Positions 28,467-36,168 of a stretch of DNA of 64,000 nt are shown one piece after another. The notes below the pieces were generated by a model. It did no database searches and was not told the DNA's origin. It saw only the letters and a program-made list of their open reading frames with translations. Source of the DNA: Candidatus Omnitrophota bacterium (lineage in GTDB: Bacteria > Omnitrophota > Gorgyraeia > VGKH01); assembly GCA_022703055.1 (NCBI GenBank), contig JAKLEP010000003.1, positions 150,238 to 214,237 on the forward strand, in the 5' to 3' direction. Every line of letters starts with the position of its first letter. The first letter of the stretch is position 1. Position numbers and translations under genes: made by a program.

Positions 28467-29750
28467 TTAGACAGGCACAGAAAGTGAGGAATCGGGAGTT
28501 ACTGCGGTTATCTTAACCTTCTTGAGTTTGTTGCCCAAAATAGGCTTTTTACTATTTATAAAAGTTTTTATATAGTTATCTGAATAGCCCTGGAAAAATC
28601 CGGTTTCTTTTTCAATTTGCTGTTCAACAAGCACCTCCAGGATTTTATGCAAAAACTTCTTTCTGTATTGATAGGACATTTCTCTTGCCAAGCCCTGGAG
28701 GATTAGCATCCTTGCTTTTGTTGTGGCGCTGTCAATCCTCTCTCCAAAACAATAGGCAGGCGTATGTTCCCTTGGGCTAAAAGGAAAAATGTGCACCCTT
28801 GAAGGCTTGATCTCTTTTAAAAACCCAACCGTATTCTTAAACCTTTTTTCTGTCTCTTGAGTAAAACCGACCATTATATCTGTAGTGATAGCGATTTGGG
28901 GGATTTCCTTGCGGATTCTGTTGACTAATTCTATGTAGGATTCTGCGGTGTATTTCCTGTTCATCTTTTTTAGAACCGAATCATCGCCGCTTTGAAAAGG
29001 AATATGTAAATGTCGGCACATTTTCTTGGAGCCGGCAATCCTATCAATCAGCTTATCCGTAACATCCTTGGCTTCAATTGAACTTAAGCGGATGCGAAAA
29101 TCACCGTCGAGCTTTTCAATCGAATCAATAACGCTGACTAAATCTGTTCCTTGTTTTAAATCCCTGCCGTAGGCACCAAGGCAAATCCCGGTTAAGACTA
29201 TTTCTTGAAAACCATTCTTGATTAACCGCTCTGTTTCTTTTACTATGCTTTGAAAATCCCTGCTTCTTGATCTTCCCCTGACAACAGAAACCTTACAGTA
29301 AGAACAATGATTATCGCAGCCATCCTGAATCTTCACGAAAGCCTTATCGTGATCAAAGAAATTACTTATCTCTAAATCAGTAAATTTCTGATTGTTTCTA
29401 CCGACAGGCTTGATTTCTTTGGATAATAATAAATCGGAAATAACATTTTTTTGTTCATTTGATATTATTAAATCTACCCCTTCAATACCTGTAATCTTGT
29501 CCCTATCCTTTTCTACGTAACAACCAGTAACAATCACTTTTGCCTTAGGATTCTCCCTTACAGAACGATAGATATACTCCCGGGATTTCCTATCGGCGGC
29601 GCTAGTTACAGTGCAGGTGTTAATGACATAGCAGTCTGCCTTACCGTTTCCTGCTTCTTTAAACCCTCTTTTTAAACAGGCTTCTCTGATAGCTTGAGTT
29701 TCGTATTGATTGACTTTACAGCCTAAGGTATGGAATTTTATCGTTGGCAT
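28467..29750 (-). CDS. mtaB: tRNA (t6A37) methylthiotransferase MtaB (MiaB-like radical SAM)
   Basis: UPF0004 N-domain (FHTLGCKVNQYE, YVINTCTVT), radical SAM CDNHCSYC, and a TRAM-like C-terminus. Confidence 0.8.
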   Translation of the reverse strand: MPTIKFHTLGCKVNQYETQAIREACLKRGFKEAGNGKADCYVINTCTVTSAADRKSREYIYRSVRENPKAKVIVTGCYVEKDRDKITGIEGVDLIISNEQKNVISDLLLSKEIKPVGRNNQKFTDLEISNFFDHDKAFVKIQDGCDNHCSYCKVSVVRGRSRSRDFQSIVKETERLIKNGFQEIVLTGICLGAYGRDLKQGTDLVSVIDSIEKLDGDFRIRLSSIEAKDVTDKLIDRIAGSKKMCRHLHIPFQSGDDSVLKKMNRKYTAESYIELVNRIRKEIPQIAITTDIMVGFTQETEKRFKNTVGFLKEIKPSRVHIFPFSPREHTPAYCFGERIDSATTKARMLILQGLAREMSYQYRKKFLHKILEVLVEQQIEKETGFFQGYSDNYIKTFINSKKPILGNKLKKVKITAVTPDSSLSVPV

Positions 29751-29765
29751 TTTATAGGCAGGTTT

Positions 29766-30506
29766 TTATATTTTTGATTCTAAAATAGAATTCAATACAG
29801 CAACTACCGTAATTGCTGCGGTATCCACCTTCAGCACATTTTCTCCTAAAGTCACTAGCTTGCAACCTGATTTCCTTGCTAAATCTGCCTCTTCCTCGGA
29901 AAAGTCGCCTTCTGGGCCGATAAAAATAATAATTCTTCTTTCTTTAAAGCCTTTTAGGGCTTCAGCCAAATGAACCCTTTCGCCCTCCAACGTTGGGAAA
30001 AGAGCTAAGTCATAATTTTCTAGTTTTGAAATAACGTTTTTAAAGTTTTGCACTTCCTCTATCTGCGGGATGTAACTTCTCTGGCTTTGTTTAGAGGCAT
30101 TGATAGCAACTTGCCTCCAGTGGCCGACCTTTTCCAACATTCTATCTTTTTTGTATCTTACTTCAGACCGCTCTGTCTCGAGTGGAATTATCCTATCTAC
30201 TCCCAATTCAGTAAGTTTCTCGACGATAAAATCAAACTTTGCCTTTTTGGGAACCGCGCAGGCTAAAGTAATCTCAAATGGCCTTCTCTTTGACTCATAT
30301 TTGTTCTCAATCATAATTCTTATGCTATTCTTAGAAATTTCTTTTATTTTTCCTTCGAACTCAAAGCCTTCTCCATTAAAGATTGTAATATCACTCTCAA
30401 TCCCAAATCTTAAAACATCAACGATATGATGAATTTCCTTTTTGTCATTTATAGTTATAACTTTTTCGCTTATATTTTCCGATGGGCAGAAAAACCGGTT
30501 ATGCAT
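29766..30506 (-). CDS. rsmE: 16S rRNA (uracil1498-N3)-methyltransferase
   Basis: 246 aa. PUA-like N-terminus and the SPOUT C-terminal motif FIGPEGDFSEEE...LGENVLKVDTAA. Confidence 0.85.
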   Translation of the reverse strand: MHNRFFCPSENISEKVITINDKKEIHHIVDVLRFGIESDITIFNGEGFEFEGKIKEISKNSIRIMIENKYESKRRPFEITLACAVPKKAKFDFIVEKLTELGVDRIIPLETERSEVRYKKDRMLEKVGHWRQVAINASKQSQRSYIPQIEEVQNFKNVISKLENYDLALFPTLEGERVHLAEALKGFKERRIIIFIGPEGDFSEEEADLARKSGCKLVTLGENVLKVDTAAITVVAVLNSILESKI

Positions 30507-30509
30507 AAT

Positions 30510-31184
30510 TTAAAACCTCGCCAGCTGATAATTCCAGGCTGATATAAAAAGTTGGAGCCCTAAAAAACAAAGTATAAATCCGCAGATTTTCTGAAATATA
30601 ATAAAAAAACGCTCCTTATCTTTAAACAGTTTATTGATGAAACTTGAAAAAACCACTAAAAAAATCAAAGGCGAAATAACCGTACCCAATCCAAAAGATA
30701 GACTCAATAATAAACCCTTAACCCAAGAAAAAGAAACCATGCCGATATAGGAAAGTACCCCGATAAGAGGCGCGCATGGGGAAATCCCGATGACCAATCC
30801 AAAAATGAATATGCTTTTTGCATCGTTCTCTATCAGGTTTTTTCTTAGCAATCTGCAGAGCTTGAAACGTGGTTCCTTCCCTAAAATTATCAATAGTCCT
30901 ATAGCAAATATGAAGATCCCGCCGGCAAAATAAAAAAACCGAGAAAGATGCATTTGATAATTCTGATAAATAAATAATTCGCTTAAAAATCCGACGAGCA
31001 CCCCCAAAATCAGATAGGCGATTATTCTGCTCAAGGAGAAAATTAGATATAAGCGAATGCTGTCTTTTAATCCGGTTTTAGTGGCGGCGGAATAACTTAT
31101 CAACAAAGGACCGCAGCTTGCCATGCATGGCCCCATACCTAAAGCGACGCCGCTCAAAAACAGGCTAATGACTAAATTCAACAT
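30510..31184 (-). CDS. CcdA/DsbD_2-like thiol-disulfide transfer membrane protein
   Basis: Six predicted TM helices, with GMGPCMASCGP in TM1 and ISPCAP in a later helix. Confidence 0.55.
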   Translation of the reverse strand: MLNLVISLFLSGVALGMGPCMASCGPLLISYSAATKTGLKDSIRLYLIFSLSRIIAYLILGVLVGFLSELFIYQNYQMHLSRFFYFAGGIFIFAIGLLIILGKEPRFKLCRLLRKNLIENDAKSIFIFGLVIGISPCAPLIGVLSYIGMVSFSWVKGLLLSLSFGLGTVISPLIFLVVFSSFINKLFKDKERFFIIFQKICGFILCFLGLQLFISAWNYQLARF

Positions 31185-32726
31185 TTATTTTATTGTTTTC
31201 TCCGAGAAGACTTCGGCGCTAAAAATTGAAATTTGAGTGGTTTTATCTTTCCAAGCGTCTTCGGGAAGCCCGGCCTTCAGACAGGTTTGTTTTAAGAATG
31301 TTTCCCTGTTCCATCCGTATTCTGTGGCAACCTGCGGAAGAAGCAACCCTTGAAAAAACCCTCTTCGTATAATGATGCCGTGCTTTCCCACTTCTATTTT
31401 ATTTACGTCTTTTATCTCTTCGATTGGAGAAAGCGCAGATATATCAATTTCAATATCGTTTAACTCTTTGGCAGTAACTGGATAAAAACGCGGATCATCT
31501 ATTGCCGCTTCGATTGCCATGCTTGCCACGACTTCATAAAGCGGATCATCAGCAACGATTCTCCCAATACACCCACGAAGCTGGCCATTTTTATTCAATG
31601 TTACAAATGCACCTTGGTGTCTTTTTAACACCGGATCGTCGACGGCAAATTCCTTGCGTTTGCCGGTTTTTACATAATTCTCCATAGATTCTCTGGCTAT
31701 TGTAAGTAATGTCTTTTTCTGTTCATTCGAAAGCATGGTTTCTCCTTTCGGATCATCCTCCCGATAAATCACGGCGCTGGCATATCCTACGACTTTAGAA
31801 AGATCTCCCAAGACATCGCCGGAATTAGCGCGTTTTAATATTTTTATCTTGGCCTGGACGTCTTTTGCGTAAGTAAGCAAAGTTATTACCGGCGCAATGC
31901 CACATAATTCAGCCTTGCCTGCTAAATCTGCCTGCCAAAGACCTTTACAATCTAAACCTTGAAAATATCCGACGGTAGTTTTATCTATTGAGTTTGCTTC
32001 GGCATAAGGATGATAATGAGATAAATCGGTTGAAGCAATGATCAAAACATCTTCCCTTTTTCCGATGATGTCCCTGAGAACACCCGCCAAGGATTCCGAG
32101 TCAGCCAGATTAGGGCTTCCCATTACAATCGGGACAATCTTGGCTGTTGGCAGAACCTTTTGCACAAACGGCAGCTGCACCTCCAAAGAGTGCTCCTTGG
32201 CAAAAGCTTCAGGAATGAATTTTGCCCGATCTAAACGCTTTAATATCTGGCCTGTAAACTCGCTATCCACTTTCATATCCCCTAAAGGTGTTTTAAACTC
32301 CCCCTCTGGCCAGATAGATATTCCATTAAAACCGTAATAATGGCTCGGCGCCATGACCACAACAGTATTATAGTTCTTCCCCTGAATTAACTTATATCCA
32401 TGCGCTGCTATTGCTGCCGAATATTCATAGCCAGCGTGAGGAGAAATTAATCCGATTATCTTGCCATTGACCCCAGGAACAATCGCGTCTTTCAAATATG
32501 AATCAATTTTATCGGAAAGGACTTTTGGATCGGCAGGATAGAAGCTTCCGCTTACATTAGGATTTTTCGTCTCTTGAGCACCCGAATAACAGGCGCTTAA
32601 TAGGATCGAACAAAAAACTAATAAAGTTATAACCCTACTTCCAGATGCCAGGAATTTTCGTGCCACAAAATTTACATTTTCCATTTTCGATATTATTTTC
32701 CGTGATGGTATATCCGGAACGGCCAA
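31185..32726 (-). CDS. amrB/amrA: AmmeMemoRadiSam system protein B (Memo-like) fused to protein A (AMMECR1), with a lipoprotein-type signal
   Basis: Memo motif SPHAGYEYS and DLSHYH. AMMECR1 motif GAFVTLNKNGQLRGCIG. The N-terminus ends in the lipobox LSAC (Cys46). The start is uncertain (ATG 32726 or 32684, GTG 32666), and all candidates overlap the upstream gene. Confidence 0.8.
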   Translation of the reverse strand: MAVPDIPSRKIISKMENVNFVARKFLASGSRVITLLVFCSILLSACYSGAQETKNPNVSGSFYPADPKVLSDKIDSYLKDAIVPGVNGKIIGLISPHAGYEYSAAIAAHGYKLIQGKNYNTVVVMAPSHYYGFNGISIWPEGEFKTPLGDMKVDSEFTGQILKRLDRAKFIPEAFAKEHSLEVQLPFVQKVLPTAKIVPIVMGSPNLADSESLAGVLRDIIGKREDVLIIASTDLSHYHPYAEANSIDKTTVGYFQGLDCKGLWQADLAGKAELCGIAPVITLLTYAKDVQAKIKILKRANSGDVLGDLSKVVGYASAVIYREDDPKGETMLSNEQKKTLLTIARESMENYVKTGKRKEFAVDDPVLKRHQGAFVTLNKNGQLRGCIGRIVADDPLYEVVASMAIEAAIDDPRFYPVTAKELNDIEIDISALSPIEEIKDVNKIEVGKHGIIIRRGFFQGLLLPQVATEYGWNRETFLKQTCLKAGLPEDAWKDKTTQISIFSAEVFSEKTIK

Positions 32727-33777
32727 TAATCAGTTTTCTGCAGACCGGACAGAAGGTAGATTCTGCAAGGCTGCCAGGAATGTTTCCGATATAAACATAA
32801 TTTAAACCAGCATCCTTGGCGATTTTTTCAGCCCTTTCAAGAGTCTCGACGGGAGTTGGTGAAATATTAGTCAATTTATACATCGGGAAAAACCTTGAGA
32901 AATGCAAAGGCGTATCGGAACCTAAATTATCTTTTATCCAAACGCACATATTCTTTATCATTTCGGGATCATCGTTAAAACCTGGCACTATTAGATTTGT
33001 TATTTCGACCCAAACACCTTCCTGTTTCAATATTTTTAAGGTTTGCAGAACTGAATCCAGGTTTCCTAGGCTCATCTGGCTATAAAAATCCTGGCTGAAA
33101 CCCTTTAAATCAATATTCGCAGCATCCAAATATTTGCAAAGTTCTCTTAGGGGCGGCTCATTGATATGGCCTGCTGAATGCATCACATTCATCAGCCCCT
33201 CTTTTTTGGCAATCTTTGCGGTATCTAACATATACTCATAAAATATCGTAGGTTCGGAATAAGTATAGGCAATAACCCGGGAACCGGCTTTTTTAGCCCT
33301 TTCTACCAATTCTTGCGGACTTAAATTAAAAGATTCTACTTCTTCGGGAAGAGCCTGAGAAATATCCCAGTTCTGGCAGAATTTACATCTTAGATTGCAA
33401 CCTGCAGTCGCAACCGAATAAGCTGTGTTTCCTGGCAAAACGTGGAATAACGGCTTTTTTTCGATAGGATCTATATGCACGGCGCACGGCCTGGCATAAA
33501 CTAAAGTGTAAAGAACTCCGCCGCGATTTTCCCGCACTCCGCAAAAACCGCGTTTTTTATCTGGGATAACACAGTTACGCGGGCAAAGGTGGCATTGAAC
33601 AACAAAATCCTTCAGCTTCTGGTAATACATCGCTTCTTTTAAATCCTGATTTGAAGCGCTGTGCAGAGACGAATACAGTGCTAATCCCAACAAAATAAAC
33701 AAAACTAATATCCCTAATATAAGTTTTCTCATGATTATTTCTATCAAGGGTGGCGCCGAAACACATTGTTTCGGCAT
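32635..33777 (-). CDS. amrS: AmmeMemoRadiSam system radical SAM enzyme with an N-terminal TM anchor
   Basis: GCNLRCKFCQNW motif and a C-terminal CPVC...CKFC zinc-ribbon-like pair. An alternative start is at 33732 (MRKLILGILV...). Confidence 0.85.
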   Translation of the reverse strand: MPKQCVSAPPLIEIIMRKLILGILVLFILLGLALYSSLHSASNQDLKEAMYYQKLKDFVVQCHLCPRNCVIPDKKRGFCGVRENRGGVLYTLVYARPCAVHIDPIEKKPLFHVLPGNTAYSVATAGCNLRCKFCQNWDISQALPEEVESFNLSPQELVERAKKAGSRVIAYTYSEPTIFYEYMLDTAKIAKKEGLMNVMHSAGHINEPPLRELCKYLDAANIDLKGFSQDFYSQMSLGNLDSVLQTLKILKQEGVWVEITNLIVPGFNDDPEMIKNMCVWIKDNLGSDTPLHFSRFFPMYKLTNISPTPVETLERAEKIAKDAGLNYVYIGNIPGSLAESTFCPVCRKLIIGRSGYTITENNIENGKCKFCGTKIPGIWK

Positions 33778-33782
33778 CCACC
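33749..33782 (-). other. GC-rich hairpin between tRNA-Ala and the amrS coding start
   Basis: Minus strand GGTGG-at-GCCGAAAC-aatgt-GTTTCGGC-g-CCACC (13 bp). No U-tract follows it. It overlaps the first codons of the longest amrS ORF. Confidence 0.4.
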
Positions 33783-33805
33783 AATCCTTTCATCAATGAA
33801 AGGAC

Positions 33806-33881
33806 TGGTGGAGCAGATGAGATTTGAACTCACGACCCCCTCGTTGCGAACGAGGTGCTCTCCCAACTGAGCTACTGCCCC
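33806..33881 (-). tRNA. tRNA-Ala (anticodon CGC), CCA encoded
   Basis: Reverse complement: GGGGCAGTAGCTCAGTTGGGAGAGCACCTCGTTCGCAACGAGGGGGTCGTGAGTTCAAATCTCATCTGCTCCACCA. It forms a cloverleaf with a G3:U70 pair, the anticodon loop TTCGCAA, and GTTCAAATC in the T-loop. Confidence 0.95.
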
Positions 33882-33972
33882 ATTTTTTACCTTATTAAAT
33901 TAACACAATCCTAAAATTTTTGCAAATGAAAAGAATTCCACGACATAGCAATTTAAAGGGAAGGAACCGAGA

Positions 33973-34572
33973 CTATCTTTGCGAGGCTGAACGTAAAAAC
34001 ACTCTGGCTTCTAAATACACGTTAGGATTATCTGCGGATGCTACAACGGAGGGATTATCCCTGGAACCTAAACGCAAGAAAACTACGCCCGGAACTGTCG
34101 TTCCATCTTCGGCAAAATACACTAGTCTTCTGGCAATAACTTCGCCGTTTTCAAGGTAGGTCAATGTATGATTTGCAGCACTATAACAAAAAGTATTATA
34201 AGTATCTGTTGTGGTTGGGTCTTCACGAATTCCATTTTGGTTAAAATCTATTACAAAACGACAACCTGCTGAATATCCTGCGCAAAAAGCAGTTCCGGTA
34301 GCATCGCTCTCATAAGCCGCATTGCCGGAAGTCATATCTCCAATTGACTGTTCCCCGCTTCTCTGCAGATATTCCATGGCCAAACTGACATCCTGAAGCG
34401 CGGCAGCGCCTTTTTCTGTACGGGAGTAGAATTTTCTAGCGGCAAAATCTAGCGAAGCCGCTCCAAGAACAATAATAATAAGTAACCCGGCAGCAATTAT
34501 CAACTCAGCCAAGGTCAAACCAAAACATCTGTATCTTTTGTCACCGGATAATATGAAACGTAAACTATTCAT
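33973..34572 (-). CDS. minor (pseudo)pilin with a prepilin-type N-terminal methylation domain
   Basis: N-terminus ...RCFGLTLAELIIAAGLLIIIVLGAASL, with Glu at +5 after the Gly. Confidence 0.7.
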   Translation of the reverse strand: MNSLRFILSGDKRYRCFGLTLAELIIAAGLLIIIVLGAASLDFAARKFYSRTEKGAAALQDVSLAMEYLQRSGEQSIGDMTSGNAAYESDATGTAFCAGYSAGCRFVIDFNQNGIREDPTTTDTYNTFCYSAANHTLTYLENGEVIARRLVYFAEDGTTVPGVVFLRLGSRDNPSVVASADNPNVYLEARVFLRSASQR

Positions 34573-35008
34573 TCCAACTTACTCCTACGCTTACGCTCCT
34601 CGGACAGTCAATGTAGCAATTAGGATTTGCGACCTTATCCCCAACTAAGTCAATTGTCAAAGTTACGGTCGTGCTGTATCCAGCTGGGGCTAAAGGATTG
34701 TTGGCATCCAGGGTATAATCCGTACCCGCCACAGCAGTCTTGTTACAAGGGTAAGCGGAATTATTTACACCACAATAAAGAAGACCACTAGCTGTCCAGG
34801 TATCTCCAGCTACACTGGTATAAAGCCTTTCGGACACCTGTCTGGCTAAGTTCACCGCTGCCATGCGCCGTTTAGACATATTCACATATCTATTAGCGGC
34901 AACAAAACTGGCAAAAACTCCAGACGCAGCTATGACCAAAATTAAAGCTGAGATTAGTATCTCAGCTAAAGTGAAACCCCTGCTTTTAATTATTTTATAA
35001 CGAAGCAT
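34565..35008 (-). CDS. minor (pseudo)pilin with a prepilin-type N-terminal methylation domain
   Basis: KSRGFTLAEILISALILVIAASG prepilin motif. Confidence 0.75.
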   Translation of the reverse strand: MLRYKIIKSRGFTLAEILISALILVIAASGVFASFVAANRYVNMSKRRMAAVNLARQVSERLYTSVAGDTWTASGLLYCGVNNSAYPCNKTAVAGTDYTLDANNPLAPAGYSTTVTLTIDLVGDKVANPNCYIDCPRSVSVGVSWNE

Positions 35009-35098
35009 TCTTATTATTAACGCCTCTTATATAAATAAAAAATAGTCTTGTATTATTTGGATAAAATCAAAATTATTTGTTAATTTACCACACTCTAT

Positions 35099-35509
35099 TT
35101 ACTGGCAAGCAGGGCAAACGGCAAACCCATACGAATTACAGGGAGTCCCTACTAAGTTATTGCAACACAAGCAACCAGTTGCATCAATTTGCAGTGAATA
35201 TGCACCACCTGTTCTTGTCATGGTTATCGTGCCCGTTCCTGCTCCGCTACAGGCCGGAGCTCCAAAATTCTTGATAGTTGTCCAGGTAGTATCCAGACCA
35301 GTACAGGATGCTTCTACTAAATAGTTACCGTTATTTGCTGCGGCATATCTTTCATTAGCTGTTCTTAAGTCGCCCAACAAACTCATTGCCTCTGTGGCGC
35401 GCCCCTTTTCTGTACCTCCAGTAAATCTAGGAATAGCTATCGATACGATTATACCCAAGATAATTACTACGATGATTAATTCCAATAATGTAAAGGCTTT
35501 GTTTTTAAT
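35099..35509 (-). CDS. cysteine-rich type IV pilin, paralogue 2 (probable ATT start)
   Basis: About 80% identical to the 35631..36038 pilin. The track ORF begins at a TTG inside the conserved FTLLE motif. The in-frame sequence upstream reads IKNKAFTLLE back to a TAA stop, with no ATG/GTG/TTG. ATT at 35509-35507 lies 5 nt after GGGGG. Confidence 0.6.
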   Translation of the reverse strand: MKNKAFTLLELIIVVIILGIIVSIAIPRFTGGTEKGRATEAMSLLGDLRTANERYAAANNGNYLVEASCTGLDTTWTTIKNFGAPACSGAGTGTITMTRTGGAYSLQIDATGCLCCNNLVGTPCNSYGFAVCPACQ

Positions 35510-35630
35510 AGCGACCCCCTTTCCCGGTTAAACACTTTTGAACCTTTTTAGCCAGCATGCAAAAATCTATAAATATGCCAATTTAACTTTTTCTGCTCTG
35601 TTAAGAAAAAAATCTCCGTACCTTCAGATA

Positions 35631-36038
35631 CTACTGGCAAGCAGGGCAAACTGCCATTCCGTAGCCAGCGCAAGGCGTTCCCACAAGATTATTGCAGCAT
35701 AAGCATCCGGTTGCGTTAATCTGTATTGAATACGCGCCGCCGGTTCTTGTCATAGTTATTACGCCGTTTGCTGCATCGGTACAGACTGGTGTTCCAAAGT
35801 TCTTAAGGGTAGTCCAGGTAGTATCTAAACCTGTGCAAGTAGCATTTACCAAATAGTTGCCGCTATTTCCTGCAGCATATCTTTCATTGGCAGGCCTTAA
35901 TGACCCCAATAAACTAATTGCTTCCGTAATTCTGCTCTTTTCAGTTCCACCAGTGAATCTGGGAATAGCAATCGATACAAGTATGCCTAAAATTATTACT
36001 ACAATGATTAGTTCCAGTAATGTAAAACCTCTTTTCAT
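35631..36038 (-). CDS. pilA: cysteine-rich type IV (major) pilin, paralogue 1
   Basis: MKRGFTLLELIIVVIILGILVSIAIPRF prepilin leader with Gly-1/Phe+1/Glu+5. AGGAGG SD. 8 Cys in the globular part. Confidence 0.85.
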   Translation of the reverse strand: MKRGFTLLELIIVVIILGILVSIAIPRFTGGTEKSRITEAISLLGSLRPANERYAAGNSGNYLVNATCTGLDTTWTTLKNFGTPVCTDAANGVITMTRTGGAYSIQINATGCLCCNNLVGTPCAGYGMAVCPACQ

Positions 36039-36168
36039 CTGTTAACCTCCTGTATTATTAAAATTAAGTTTAGAATTTCTTCTTTTTGTTGCTTAGTTAG
36101 AACTATCACCTCCTTCGACAAACTTGCCATGCTTTTTGAACTATTCTAACTAATTGTCTGAGCAAGCG

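Noticed and set aside
35099-36038. The two pilin paralogues as a DGR template/variable repeat pair or a silent cassette for antigenic variation.
   Set aside because: Differences are spread over the whole gene and are not adenine-specific. Many are synonymous. No reverse transcretase-type (RT) gene is nearby. The second copy keeps its full N-terminal helix, unlike pilS-type silent cassettes.
36114-36129. Possible sigma54 promoter (TGGCAagtttgTCGAA) upstream of the major pilin, as is common for pilA genes.
   Set aside because: The GG element is present, but the -12 position reads TCGA instead of TTGC (the GC dinucleotide is absent). A second TGGCAT upstream of the other pilin has the wrong spacing to TTGCA. 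No PilR/PilS or rpoN is in the window.
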